Positions 52,827 to 62,158 of a stretch of DNA of 64,000 nucleotides are shown one piece after another. Made by a program: the position numbers and the translations under genes. Where the stretch lies: assembly GCA_039794085.1 (NCBI GenBank), contig JBDIWC010000016.1, positions 1 through 64,000 on the forward strand, read 5' to 3'. The stretch's first letter is position 1, and each line of letters starts with the position of its first letter. This DNA comes from Gemmatimonadales bacterium. Lineage in GTDB: Bacteria > Gemmatimonadota > Gemmatimonadetes > Gemmatimonadales > GWC2-71-9. The notes under the pieces were generated by a model, which searched no databases, was not told where the DNA came from, and saw nothing but the letters and a program-made list of their open reading frames with translations.

Positions 52827-53483
52827 CTACTGCACGACGCGGAAGAGAACGCCCACCACGATGGCCATGAAGCCGATGGGCACGAGGACCGCCAGCAGGG
52901 TGGCGAGACCACGCCGCGCCAGGTCGAGGTGGGGATGGCTGATCCCCAGAGTCTGGAAGAGGCTCCAGACCCCATGATGGAGATGCAGGGCGAGGGCCAC
53001 CATCGCCAGGAGATAGAACCCCGCGACCCAGGGGACCTGGAACCCGACGATCACGTTGGTGTAGACGTCAGTATGACTGAAGGAGGGGTGGACCGAGCCC
53101 ACGGTGAAGTGGAGCAGGTGGTAGACGATGAAAACCAGAAGCAGCACCCCCCCCCAGCGCATCGTGTATCCCGACCAGGTGCCGGCCCGGTGGACCAGCC
53201 GGTCATACGACGCGGACCGGGCCGCGCGCGCGAGACGGGTGAGCGACCACGCGGCGTGGGCATGGAGCAGAACCGAGGCCAGGAGCGTGAGGCGGACGCC
53301 CCAGAGCACCACAGCCGAACTCTTGAGGAAGGCGGCGTACGCGTTCAGGGCCTCGGGACTCTTGTAGATGAGGAGATTCCCTGCGACATGCCCCACCACG
53401 AATCCGGTGAAGATGATTCCGGTCACGGCCATCACGATTTTCTTGCCGATCGTGGAGCCGTAGAACCGACCGATCCAATGCAT
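52827..53483 (-). CDS. sdhC: Succinate dehydrogenase cytochrome b subunit (single, likely diheme anchor)
   Basis: STIGKKIVMAVTG, about five TMs, four His-containing motifs; no sdhD. Confidence 0.92.
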   Translation of the reverse strand: MHWIGRFYGSTIGKKIVMAVTGIIFTGFVVGHVAGNLLIYKSPEALNAYAAFLKSSAVVLWGVRLTLLASVLLHAHAAWSLTRLARAARSASYDRLVHRAGTWSGYTMRWGGVLLLVFIVYHLLHFTVGSVHPSFSHTDVYTNVIVGFQVPWVAGFYLLAMVALALHLHHGVWSLFQTLGISHPHLDLARRGLATLLAVLVPIGFMAIVVGVLFRVVQ

Positions 53484-53496
53484 GATATCTCCGGCG

Positions 53497-54429
53497 TCAG
53501 CCGTTGTCGATGACCTGCTGGACACTCCGAACCGCTTCGGCGGAGGCGTGCAGATCCCGGTGTTCAGCCTCCGTCAGGGTGACTTCCAGGATCGCCTCGA
53601 TGCCGGCGCGACCGAGCTTGACCGGCACCCCGCAATATACATCCCGGAGGCCGTACTCCCCCTGCAGCCAGGCCGATGCCGGCAGGATGCGCTTCTTGTC
53701 GAGCGCGATCGCCTCCAGCATCTGGACCGCGGCCGCACTGGGAGCGTAGTAGGCCGAGCCCGTCTTCAAGTGCCCCACGATCTCCGCACCTCCGTTCCGG
53801 GTGCGGGTCACGATGGCCTCGAGCGCATCGGGGCTGAGAAGCTGGGAGACGGGGATGCCGCTCACGGTGGTATAGGACACCAGCGGAACCATCGTGTCTC
53901 CATGGCCTCCGAGCACCATGGCCTGGATGTCCTCCACGGATACCTGCATCGCCTCCGCCAGGAACATCCGGTACCGGGCGGTGTCGAGCACTCCGGCCAT
54001 GCCGATCACCCGTTCGCGGGGAAAGCCCGAGGCGGTCCGGGCCACATAGCACATGGCATCCAGCGGGTTCGAGACGACGATGATGATCGACTCGGGGGCC
54101 ACACGACGGATCTGCCCGGACACCGAGCGCACGATCCCCGCGTTGGTCTTGACCAGGTCGTCCCGGCTCATCCCCGGCTTCCGGGCGATGCCCGCGGTGA
54201 CGATGAAGACCTCCGACCCCCGCGCGATCTCGTAGTCATTGCTGCCATAGACCCGGGCGTCGAACCCCTCGATGGGCGCCGATTGCCACTGGTCCAGCGC
54301 CTTGCCCTGGGGGATCCCCTCCACCACGTCCACCAGGATCACCTCGCGTGCCAGGTGCTTTTCGGCCACCCGCTGCGCGGCCGTGGCCCCGACGTTGCCC
54401 GCACCGACCACCGTCACCTTGTTCAGCAT
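53497..54429 (-). CDS. mdh: Malate dehydrogenase (LDH-like)
   Basis: GAGNVG, ARKPGMSRDDL, SNPLD, LGGHGD. Confidence 0.96.
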   Translation of the reverse strand: MLNKVTVVGAGNVGATAAQRVAEKHLAREVILVDVVEGIPQGKALDQWQSAPIEGFDARVYGSNDYEIARGSEVFIVTAGIARKPGMSRDDLVKTNAGIVRSVSGQIRRVAPESIIIVVSNPLDAMCYVARTASGFPRERVIGMAGVLDTARYRMFLAEAMQVSVEDIQAMVLGGHGDTMVPLVSYTTVSGIPVSQLLSPDALEAIVTRTRNGGAEIVGHLKTGSAYYAPSAAAVQMLEAIALDKKRILPASAWLQGEYGLRDVYCGVPVKLGRAGIEAILEVTLTEAEHRDLHASAEAVRSVQQVIDNG

Positions 54430-54558
54430 GTCATATCCACATCTGAAGTTGTCGCCTCCCGCAGGATGCCTCCAAAACGTAACCCAGTTTAATCGGATGA
54501 CGCCCGATTCTCCACCGCGCGGGGTGCGGATCCCGGGAGGCCCGTCGATTCTGACTCA

Positions 54559-54587
54559 TTGCGGTTCTGTCGGCTGTCCGATACTCT
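54559..54587 (+). promoter_or_regulatory. Possible sigma70 promoter of TonB-dependent receptor
   Basis: TTGCGG-17bp-TACTCT; AGGAG SD before ATG 54643. Confidence 0.45.
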
Positions 54588-54642
54588 TTGTCCTTCGTCC
54601 GATAGACCAGCAGGACCCCTTCACCCGTTCCAGGAGCGACGC

Positions 54643-57600
54643 ATGAGCACGCCTTCGCAGTGGCAGCCGGTTCGTGCAGGGTTCTGGTGTTGTCTGTTCC
54701 TCCTCGGCAGTGTCGTTCCCACCCGGCTGATGGCACAGTCCCAGGCGACCACGGGCGTGATCCGGGGCATCGTCTCCGACTCGGCGGGGAATCCGCTGCC
54801 CGGTGCCCAGGTGGTGCTCCGGAATCTCGAGACCAACGCGGAGCGGACCGTGACCACCAATTCCCGGGGGATCTTCGTCGGGTCCCTGCTGCGGGTCGGG
54901 GGGTACACGGCCACGGCCCGCCTGGTGGGTTACCAGGCAGCCCGGCGGGAGGGCCTGACTCTTCGACTGGGTGAGGTCCTGCAGGTGGATTTCCGGCTGG
55001 TCCCGGTGACCGTGCAACTGGCGGACCTCACGGTTGCCGTGTCGGAGCCGGTGGTGGATCCCACCCGGGTCGCCTCGGCCACCCGTCTGGAACCCCAGGT
55101 GGTGGCGGGGCTCCCCAACAACGGCCGCAACTTCCTGAATCTCACTCTGCTCACCCCCAACGTCGGGATCGTCCAGGGCCCCGATGGGGATGAGCTCACG
55201 ATCGGGGGACAGCGGGGTATCCACAACAACGTGAGCGTGGACGGGGCCGATTTCAACAACCCCTTCTTCGGGGAACAGCGCGGGGGTCAACGACCGGCGT
55301 TCACGTTCAACCTCGACGCGATCCAGGAAATCGTGGTGGTCTCCCAGGGAGCCAACGCGGAGTTCGGTCGCTCGGGAGGTGGCTTCGTCAATGTGATCAC
55401 CAAGTCGGGCACCAATGAGTTCCGGGGCACGGCACACTACTTCGGGAAGTACGATGGACTGTCCAAGGACTTCCGCACCGAGAATCCGAACTTTCGCGGA
55501 TTCGAGCCCGACTTCACTCAGCACCAGTTCGGCCTGACCTTCGGGGGGCCCATCGTGCGGGACCGGGCCTTCTTCTTCGTGGCCTACGACCAGCAGGAAT
55601 TCAATTCCACCAAGCAGCAGGACCGCCTCTCGCTGATTGACCCCGCTCTCCGGGCCTTCACCGACACGGCCTTCGGGGGGGCTCTCCAGGGTGACTTCGG
55701 GGCGATCAAGCGCACCAACGACGCCAACGCCCTGATGGCCAAGGTGGACGTCCGGCTCGATGACCGGAACAACGCCAGCCTCAAGTACAACTACACGAAC
55801 TCGCGCCAGGAGAACGGCACGTTCGACGTGGATCTCTGGGGTCGGAGTGCCAACGGTCTCGAGAGGGATTTTTCCCACGCGATCAACGGCAGCCTCAACT
55901 CCGTGCTTTCGTCCTCCGTCTTCAACGAGTTCCGCTTTCAGTGGGCCCGGGAGGAACGCCCCCGCCCCTACGACGGCCCCGTCAACCCCCGCACCGGCCG
56001 CCCCTTCCCCGACACCGACATTTCGTTCACCGGGTTCCGGATCGGGATGCCGTTCTTCCTCCCGGTCGAGGCCCATGATACCCGGTTCCAGGTTCTGAAC
56101 AACATCTCCGTGGTCGAGGGGAACCATCTGTTCAAGTTCGGCGCGGAGTGGAACCGGACCAATGTCAAGCAGACCTTCGTCGGGTTCGGCAACGGAAGGA
56201 TGGCGTTCAGCTCCGTGGATGGGTTCCTGAACTTCGTCCGCCTGGGCAACGGGTATGTCGAGTGCTCCAACGGATCCTCGTCGACGACGGGGTCGTGCCC
56301 GGCCGGAACCGAGATCACCGGGCCCGTGGTGCTCTATCTGCAGCAGGCGGGCGTCGGGGGCCTGACGGTGGAGCAGTCCGGCACCCAGTCCATCACCCAG
56401 AACGAGCTCGCCCTCTTCCTGCAGGACAGCTGGAAGCCGCACCCGAACGTGACGATTGACTACGGGGTGCGCTGGGAGGCCCAGATCCAGCCCGATCCCA
56501 TCACCCCGGCGGAGGACGTGTTCTTTGCGCCCTTCCTCGGCCAGACGGTCACAAATCAGCAGGGCACCTTCGCTTTCCCTTCGGACGGCGGGATTCCGTC
56601 GGACTACTCGATGTTTCAGCCCCGGTTCGGCATTGCCTGGGACGTCAACGGGGATTCCCGCCAGGTGCTACGTGCCAGCGCGGGACTCTACTACGCGCGG
56701 ACGCCCGGGCTGAACCTGGCCAGCACGAGGAGCACCAACGGATCGATCGGTCAGACCATCTTCCGCAACAGCGCCCTGACCGGGATCCTCGGCGCTCCGC
56801 CCAACTACGGGGAGCTTCTCCCCACGCCGACCGGGGCACCCTTTCAGCCCGGTGTCTTCGTGTTCGACAAGGACTTCGAGAACCCCCGCACCTTCAGCGC
56901 GACCGTTGCGTACGAAAGAGAAGTGGGGGGAGGTGTGGCGGCGAGCCTGAGCTACACCCATGCCCGGACCGACAATCTGACCCGGTTCATCGATCGCAAT
57001 GATCCGGTTTTCGGTTCGCCCTGGGCCACCGGTCTTCCGGGGGGCAACGGCGTCGGGGTTCTCACCGTGGTCGAGAGCAGTGCCCGGTCACGCTACAACG
57101 GATTCACCGCCGGACTCAAGCAGATGCTTCACCGCGACTTCCAGTTCCAGGTGAATTACACCGTGTCCTTCGACAAGTCCGACGATGACAACGAGCGGGA
57201 TCCGTTCAGCTTCCGCTACGCCCGGGCCGACAACCTGGGCCCCGAGTTCAACTGGAGCGACCGCGACCAGCGCCATCGGCTCAATGCGTGGCTCCTGGCC
57301 CGGATCCCGGGCGACATCTTCCTGAACAACCGGATGTCCTTTTCGTCGGCCCAGCCGACGTCCGAGAAGTGTGTGAACAATCGGCCCAGCGGGGAACGGG
57401 CCGTCGGGCCTCAGGACCGCATCTGTACCGACGGGACCATCCTCAAGCGCAACACCCTGCGCAAGGACAACGCCACCTTCGCGTGGGACATCCGCATCTC
57501 GCGGCCGTTCCGCAGTGCCGGCGGCACGATTGAGGCGGTGTTCGAGGTGTTCAACATCACCAACGCCGACAACTTCAAGGATCCGTCGTCGCAGGGTCTG

Positions 57601-57681
57601 TTCCTGAACTTTGATGGGACGGTGCGAAGCGGCCTGGGAGAGCCGCGGCAGGCCCAGCTCGGCCTGCGATACATCTTTTAA
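54643..57681 (+). CDS. Oar-type TonB-dependent outer-membrane receptor with carboxypeptidase-regulatory-like N-domain
   Basis: Signal peptide, LPNNGRNF, AEFGRSGGG..NVITKSGTN, FLQDSW, C-terminal LGLRYIF. Confidence 0.9.
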   Translation: MSTPSQWQPVRAGFWCCLFLLGSVVPTRLMAQSQATTGVIRGIVSDSAGNPLPGAQVVLRNLETNAERTVTTNSRGIFVGSLLRVGGYTATARLVGYQAARREGLTLRLGEVLQVDFRLVPVTVQLADLTVAVSEPVVDPTRVASATRLEPQVVAGLPNNGRNFLNLTLLTPNVGIVQGPDGDELTIGGQRGIHNNVSVDGADFNNPFFGEQRGGQRPAFTFNLDAIQEIVVVSQGANAEFGRSGGGFVNVITKSGTNEFRGTAHYFGKYDGLSKDFRTENPNFRGFEPDFTQHQFGLTFGGPIVRDRAFFFVAYDQQEFNSTKQQDRLSLIDPALRAFTDTAFGGALQGDFGAIKRTNDANALMAKVDVRLDDRNNASLKYNYTNSRQENGTFDVDLWGRSANGLERDFSHAINGSLNSVLSSSVFNEFRFQWAREERPRPYDGPVNPRTGRPFPDTDISFTGFRIGMPFFLPVEAHDTRFQVLNNISVVEGNHLFKFGAEWNRTNVKQTFVGFGNGRMAFSSVDGFLNFVRLGNGYVECSNGSSSTTGSCPAGTEITGPVVLYLQQAGVGGLTVEQSGTQSITQNELALFLQDSWKPHPNVTIDYGVRWEAQIQPDPITPAEDVFFAPFLGQTVTNQQGTFAFPSDGGIPSDYSMFQPRFGIAWDVNGDSRQVLRASAGLYYARTPGLNLASTRSTNGSIGQTIFRNSALTGILGAPPNYGELLPTPTGAPFQPGVFVFDKDFENPRTFSATVAYEREVGGGVAASLSYTHARTDNLTRFIDRNDPVFGSPWATGLPGGNGVGVLTVVESSARSRYNGFTAGLKQMLHRDFQFQVNYTVSFDKSDDDNERDPFSFRYARADNLGPEFNWSDRDQRHRLNAWLLARIPGDIFLNNRMSFSSAQPTSEKCVNNRPSGERAVGPQDRICTDGTILKRNTLRKDNATFAWDIRISRPFRSAGGTIEAVFEVFNITNADNFKDPSSQGLFLNFDGTVRSGLGEPRQAQLGLRYIF

Positions 57682-57728
57682 CCCTCACCCCCTGGCCCCT
57701 CTCCCACGGAGTGGGAGAGGGACAGGGG
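57682..57728 (+). repeat. BoxC/REP-like hairpin after receptor stop; possible terminator or stabiliser
   Basis: CCCTCACCCC leader; stem CCCTCTCCCAC-GGA-GTGGGAGAGGG with outer CCCCTG/CAGGGG. Confidence 0.7.
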
Positions 57729-57730
57729 TA

Positions 57731-57786
57731 GGACGTAGGACATAGGACATAGGACGTAGGACATAGGACGTAGGACATAGGACGTA
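57731..57786. repeat. (GGACRTA)8 heptamer tandem array
   Basis: Eight units of GGACGTA/GGACATA. Confidence 0.97.
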
Positions 57787-57803
57787 GGGCATTGTGGGCC
57801 TCG

Positions 57804-57831
57804 ACCGCCTACCGCCCATCGCCTACCGCCT
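57804..57831. repeat. (AYCGCCY)4 heptamer array containing the trmL stop
   Basis: ACCGCCT ACCGCCC ATCGCCT ACCGCCT. Confidence 0.85.
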
Positions 57832-58336
57832 CTCGTTGCTGGGGCACGGGCGACGCATGCGTCGCCCCTACTCCCCACTCCCTACTCCCTCCCGTTTGCC
57901 GGAGCGCCTCGTAGAGCACGATCCCCGCGGCGGTGGCCAGGTTGAGACTCCGAACCGGCCCTGACATGGGAATCCGGAAACACCGTTCCGGATGCTTCTC
58001 CAGGATCCGCTCCGGCATCCCGTCGGTCTCATTCCCGAAGACGAGGCAGCTGGCCGGCGTGAAGCGAGCATCCCAGAGAGGGACAGTGGCCCGCGCGGAA
58101 AAGTACAGGCAGCGCTCCCGGGAGATCGCCTCGCGGAACTCGCGCCAGTGCGCATGGGGCCAGAGGTCGACCGCATCCCAGTAATCGAGCCCGGCCCGCA
58201 GAACGTCCGCCGAGTCGAGCGAAAAACCGAGCGGACCGATCAGGTGGAGGCCGGTTCCTGTGGCAGCGCACAGGCGCGCGATGTTTCCGGTATTCGGCGG
58301 GATCTGCGGCTCGATGAGGGCGATATTCAGGGCCAT
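57809..58336 (-). CDS. trmL: tRNA (cytidine/uridine-34 2'-O)-methyltransferase
   Basis: EPQIPPNTGNIARLC, RAGLDYW, FGNETDG, RSLNLA..YEALRQ. Confidence 0.94.
   Translation of the reverse strand: MALNIALIEPQIPPNTGNIARLCAATGTGLHLIGPLGFSLDSADVLRAGLDYWDAVDLWPHAHWREFREAISRERCLYFSARATVPLWDARFTPASCLVFGNETDGMPERILEKHPERCFRIPMSGPVRSLNLATAAGIVLYEALRQTGGSREWGVGATHASPVPQQREAVGDGR
57848..57871 (-). repeat. GTAG-type REP-like element
   Basis: Minus strand GTAG followed by perfect 20-bp palindrome GGGCGACGCATGCGTCGCCC. Confidence 0.75.
57869..57889. repeat. (YACTCCC)3 heptamer array
   Basis: TACTCCC CACTCCC TACTCCC. Confidence 0.75.
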
Positions 58337-58342
58337 GAACCG

Positions 58343-59380
58343 TCACCCACCTCTCGTGTGCATTTCCAGGCGGGGATCCCTCCGCAACCCCTGCACCGGG
58401 TAGAGCACCGAACGCGACACATCACGCAGGCGGTCCTCCGCTCCCCGGTCGGTCCGCCGCGCCCATCCCTCCTGGACCAATGCCAACAGATCGGACTCGG
58501 AGGCGCCTGCCCGGAGCGGCCCCCGGAGGTCGATCCCCTCCCGAGCGTAGAGGCAGAGGTACCAGGTGCCGTCCGCAGTCAACCGGGCCCGATCGCAGGT
58601 GGCACAAAACGGCTGCGTCGTCGAGGCGACGATGCCGAACATGGTTCCGTCTCCCGCGCGGAAGCGTTCTGCCGGCGCCCGCGACCCCGGTTCGGAGACC
58701 GGCACCACCGGCCCCAGCGCGTCGCCGATCCGGTGCAGAATCTCCGCGCGGGACACCACCAGTGCCGGATCCCATCGGGTGGCCCCCCCGACATCCATGT
58801 ATTCGATGAATCGTAGTTCGGCTCCCTCAGCCTTCGCAAATCGCAGGAGTGGGACCAGCTCATCATCATTGAATCCCTTGAGCGCCACCGTGTTCAGCTT
58901 GACCGGAAGCCCGACCCCCCGGGCGGACCGGATTCCCGCAATGATGTCCGCATGGTGGTCGGTCCCTGCGTGGGCACGCATCCGGTCGGGTCGGAGGGTG
59001 TCGAGGGAGACGGTCACCCTCCCGAGCCCCGCGGAACGAAGCGAGGCGGCGCGCGCCGCGAGGAGCAGGCCGTTTGTGGTGAGGGAGAGGTCATCGACCC
59101 GGGGGGCAAGCCGCCCGACGAGGTCCGCCAGGTCTCGGCGCAGCAGAGGTTCCCCTCCGGTGAGCCGGATCCGACGGACTCCACTCTGGCGGAACAGACC
59201 CGCCAGGCGATCGATCTCCTCGAAGGTCAGCAGCGACGACCGGGGAAGCCACGTGTATTCGGCTTCGGGCATGCAATACTGGCAGCGCAGGTTGCATCGG
59301 TCGGTCACGGAAATCCGCAGACTGCCGAGAGGGCGTCCGAGACGATCGGACACGGTCGTGCCTCCGTCGATCCCCGTCAT
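58343..59380 (-). CDS. moaA: GTP 3',8-cyclase
   Basis: LRISVTDRCNLRCQYC, TGGEP, FCATCDR, C-terminal GG. Confidence 0.96.
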   Translation of the reverse strand: MTGIDGGTTVSDRLGRPLGSLRISVTDRCNLRCQYCMPEAEYTWLPRSSLLTFEEIDRLAGLFRQSGVRRIRLTGGEPLLRRDLADLVGRLAPRVDDLSLTTNGLLLAARAASLRSAGLGRVTVSLDTLRPDRMRAHAGTDHHADIIAGIRSARGVGLPVKLNTVALKGFNDDELVPLLRFAKAEGAELRFIEYMDVGGATRWDPALVVSRAEILHRIGDALGPVVPVSEPGSRAPAERFRAGDGTMFGIVASTTQPFCATCDRARLTADGTWYLCLYAREGIDLRGPLRAGASESDLLALVQEGWARRTDRGAEDRLRDVSRSVLYPVQGLRRDPRLEMHTRGG

Positions 59381-59823
59381 CCCGATTCGCCCGGCAGGGT
59401 CGGCACAGTCGGGTCCACCCAGACCTCTCGACCATCGGCGTACCGCTCTCGCTTCCAGATCGGAACCCGGGCCTTCACCTCGTCGATAACGTGACGGCAC
59501 GCCAGGAAGGACTCCTCTCGATGGGCCCCCGCCGCCACCACGAGAACCGACGATTCCCCCACAGTCAACCGGCCGATTCGATGCCGCACCTCCACCCGCA
59601 CCCGCCACCGGCGCTGGGCCTCATGAATGATGTCCTCCAGGGTGACCTCCGCCATCGGGAGATAGGCGGTGTACTCAAGGGAGGTCACGGAATGTCCCTG
59701 GTGACTATCGCGCACCACTCCCTCGAACAGGACCACGGCGCCATGCCCGGAATCCGTCACCAGCGCCCGCAGCTCGCCCGCATCGAGGGAAGTCTCCACA
59801 ACCCGCCGGGGCGCGGCACTCAT
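59377..59823 (-). CDS. moaE: Molybdopterin synthase catalytic subunit
   Basis: GAVVLFEGVVR, HRIG, HR, KARVPIWKRE. Confidence 0.95.
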   Translation of the reverse strand: MSAAPRRVVETSLDAGELRALVTDSGHGAVVLFEGVVRDSHQGHSVTSLEYTAYLPMAEVTLEDIIHEAQRRWRVRVEVRHRIGRLTVGESSVLVVAAGAHREESFLACRHVIDEVKARVPIWKRERYADGREVWVDPTVPTLPGESG

Positions 59824-60083
59824 CCGCCCGCCACGGGAGGAAGGATCGCCAGCTCATCGCCGCTCCGGACCTCGCTGAGCAGGTCGGTCTGACTCCGGTT
59901 CAGGGCCACCAGAGGCCGGGGTGGGAGCGCGTGCGGCCGGGAGAGCCGAGCCCTGACCAGGTCCAGGACTCCCCCGACGGTCGACCCGGAGGGAACCTCC
60001 AGGGTCAACGAATCGGTGCCGGCCTCTTCGGCGTACCGGGCAAAGAGGAGGACCTGAACGGTCAATGGCTCGCGGACAGACAT
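59820..60083 (-). CDS. moaD: Molybdopterin synthase sulfur carrier
   Basis: Ubiquitin-like, FARYAE, ends PPVAGG. Confidence 0.94.
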   Translation of the reverse strand: MSVREPLTVQVLLFARYAEEAGTDSLTLEVPSGSTVGGVLDLVRARLSRPHALPPRPLVALNRSQTDLLSEVRSGDELAILPPVAGG

Positions 60084-60089
60084 GGGAGG

Positions 60090-60118
60090 AGTATCGCCGA
60101 GTGATGGGATTGGAACAA
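60090..60118 (-). promoter_or_regulatory. Possible leaderless sigma70 promoter of moaD
   Basis: TTGTTC-17bp-GATACT, 6 nt before ATG, no SD. Confidence 0.4.
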
Positions 60119-60142
60119 GGAAGCCCCCGGGACCGGGGGCCT
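60112..60142 (-). terminator. Putative intrinsic terminator after HU gene
   Basis: GCCCCCG-GTCC-CGGGGGC stem-loop followed by TTCCTTGTT. Confidence 0.55.
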
Positions 60143-60167
60143 CTGGGACTGTGGGAGGGGTGGGATG

Positions 60168-60512
60168 TCAGTTGTGAAGTGGCGGCATCGCACCCGCTGT
60201 GCCTTCGGGATGATTCCTTTCCTCGGCCACTTTGGCGCGCAACTCCTTGCTCGGCTTGAACACGGGAACCGGGCGGGCGGCCACTTCGACCGGATCACCG
60301 GTGCGTGGGTTCCGAGCCATCCGGGTCTTCCGGCTTCGAATCTTGAAGGTGCCGAAGCCACGGATCTCGATGTTCTGCTGGTCGGCGAGGGCGTCCTTCA
60401 CCGTATCGAGAAAGGTATCGACTACCCGGGCACAATCCTTCTTGGATATGAGAGGCCCCGCCGTTCGCGCCATGGCAGCGGTCACCAGTTCCACCAGATC
60501 AGCCTTGGTCAT
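60168..60512 (-). CDS. HU/IHF-family DNA-binding protein
   Basis: MTKADLV, IEIRGFGTF, RNPRTG, FKPSKELR; alternative in-frame ATG at 60560. Confidence 0.93.
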   Translation of the reverse strand: MTKADLVELVTAAMARTAGPLISKKDCARVVDTFLDTVKDALADQQNIEIRGFGTFKIRSRKTRMARNPRTGDPVEVAARPVPVFKPSKELRAKVAEERNHPEGTAGAMPPLHN

Positions 60513-60567
60513 GCGTCCCCCGTCCGGGTCACCTGGAGCGGCTGCCCTGCGCAACCGCATAGAGGCG

Positions 60568-60596
60568 ATACTAGGAGCTTACCTGTTGTCTGTCAA
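60568..60596 (-). promoter_or_regulatory. Sigma70 promoter of HU/IHF gene
   Basis: TTGACA-17bp-TAGTAT. Confidence 0.7.
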
Positions 60597-60611
60597 GAGC
60601 TTGCGACCCCG

Positions 60612-61751
60612 TCACACAGGAATCGGCCTCAGGAGGCTCATGAAGTCCCCGAAATGAGGCCATGCATCATGCGGGCCAGGACTTGCTTCGGGATGGTATT
60701 GCACCCCGAACATCGGAAGTTGCTTGTGGCGAATACCTTCCACGGTTCCGTCATTCAGGTTGATGTGGGTGACGGCCAGTTCGGGGGCCCCGGGGACCCC
60801 ATGTTCATCACCGGCCACGGCGAATCCATGGTTCTGGGCGGTGATCAGCACGCGCCCCGTCGCGAGGTCCCGCACGGGGTGGTTCCCTCCCCTGTGCCCA
60901 TAGGGGAGTTTGGTGGTGTGCCCTCCGAACGCGAGTCCGAGCAGTTGATGGCCCAGACAGATCCCGAAAGTGGGAATGCCCCTTTCCACGAGGGCCCTGA
61001 TGGTGTCGGCTGCCCACGGGATGGCGGCTGGGTCTCCAGGGCCGTTCGAGAGGAAGATCCCGTCGGGGGAGAGCGCCTCCACTTCGGCCACGGTGGTTCG
61101 GGCCGGGACGACCGTCACCTGGCATCCCGCCCCGACCAGCATTCGCACGATGTTGCGCTTCATCCCAAAGTCGAAGGCCACCACGTGCGGGCCCTCCGAT
61201 CCCTCGTGATATGCGGTGGCGACTCCCGCAGTGGAGGCGAGATCCCGTCCGCTCATGGAGGGCGAGGCCTGAAGCCTGCTGTGGTCCTCCTCGCGGGGCG
61301 ATTCGCCCGGGGCCACGAGGCCGCGCATCGCTCCCTGTTCTCGGAGGTGGCGCGTCAGGGCACGCGTGTCCACCCCTTCCAGGAGGGGAACCTGGTGCCG
61401 GGTGAGCCATTCGCCGAGGGTACCCTCTGAGCGCCAGTTCGAGGGCGAGGGTGACAGCTCCCGAACCACCACTCCGGCAACCTGGGGCGTGGTGGCCTCG
61501 CAGTCGTCCGATGTCACCCCGTAGTTACCGATCATCGGGGCCGTCATGACCACGATCTGGCCGAGATAGGAGGGATCGGTGAAGGTTTCCTGATAGCCGG
61601 TCAGGTTTGTGGTGAAGACGACCTCGCCAAATGCCCGGGTGAGAGTTCCGCAGTACTCTCCCCGGAACCAACGCCCATCCTCCAGGAGGACGAACCCCGG
61701 CCGTGGCTCCGGCCGAGGTGCAGAGTCCGGGAAACTACTGACCGTTGCCAC
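60612..61751 (-). CDS. carA: Carbamoyl-phosphate synthase small subunit
   Basis: [43 protein letters not shown]. Confidence 0.96.
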   Translation of the reverse strand: MATVSSFPDSAPRPEPRPGFVLLEDGRWFRGEYCGTLTRAFGEVVFTTNLTGYQETFTDPSYLGQIVVMTAPMIGNYGVTSDDCEATTPQVAGVVVRELSPSPSNWRSEGTLGEWLTRHQVPLLEGVDTRALTRHLREQGAMRGLVAPGESPREEDHSRLQASPSMSGRDLASTAGVATAYHEGSEGPHVVAFDFGMKRNIVRMLVGAGCQVTVVPARTTVAEVEALSPDGIFLSNGPGDPAAIPWAADTIRALVERGIPTFGICLGHQLLGLAFGGHTTKLPYGHRGGNHPVRDLATGRVLITAQNHGFAVAGDEHGVPGAPELAVTHINLNDGTVEGIRHKQLPMFGVQYHPEASPGPHDAWPHFGDFMSLLRPIPV

Positions 61752-62094
61752 CGGGGGCGGGCGGTGGGGTCACCGGGGCAACGGGGGAGATCGGGGCGGG
61801 CTGGAGGGGAGCGGGCGCCGTGGGCTGCCCCTGCTGTAGCTGCTGCTGAACCGCGCTTGTTCCCCCCGCGGTTCCCGACATGAGCGAGAGAAGGAGTGAA
61901 ATGACCAGGAGCGCGCCTCCCGTGATCCAGGAGGCCTTGGTCAGAACGGTCGTGGCTTGGCGTCCCCCCAGAACGCTTTCCGTGGTCCCGCCTCCGAGGG
62001 AAGCGAGACCGCCACCCTGCCCCGCCTGCAACAGCACGACGGTGGTCAACAGGAGGGCATCGAGAATGAGCAGAATGAGGAGAAAGTAGAACAT
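61735..62094 (-). CDS. secG: Preprotein translocase subunit SecG
   Basis: [12 protein letters not shown], two TMs, follows tpiA. Confidence 0.93.
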   Translation of the reverse strand: MFYFLLILLILDALLLTTVVLLQAGQGGGLASLGGGTTESVLGGRQATTVLTKASWITGGALLVISLLLSLMSGTAGGTSAVQQQLQQGQPTAPAPLQPAPISPVAPVTPPPAPGGNGQ

Positions 62095-62128
62095 GGGCGA
62101 CCTTGTAGATGTTCCGGACCAGTCCTGA

Positions 62129-62158
62129 AAGATATCAGGGGAAGTGTCGGCGGGTCAA
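62129..62158 (-). promoter_or_regulatory. Possible sigma70 promoter of secG-carA
   Basis: TTGACC-18bp-TATCTT overlapping the tpiA stop. Confidence 0.45.

Noticed and set aside
57731..57786. CRISPR array
   Set aside because: 7-bp head-to-tail units with no spacers and no cas genes
61700..62155. tRNA-Leu commonly found after secG
   Set aside because: secG overlaps carA directly and no cloverleaf or T-loop motif is visible
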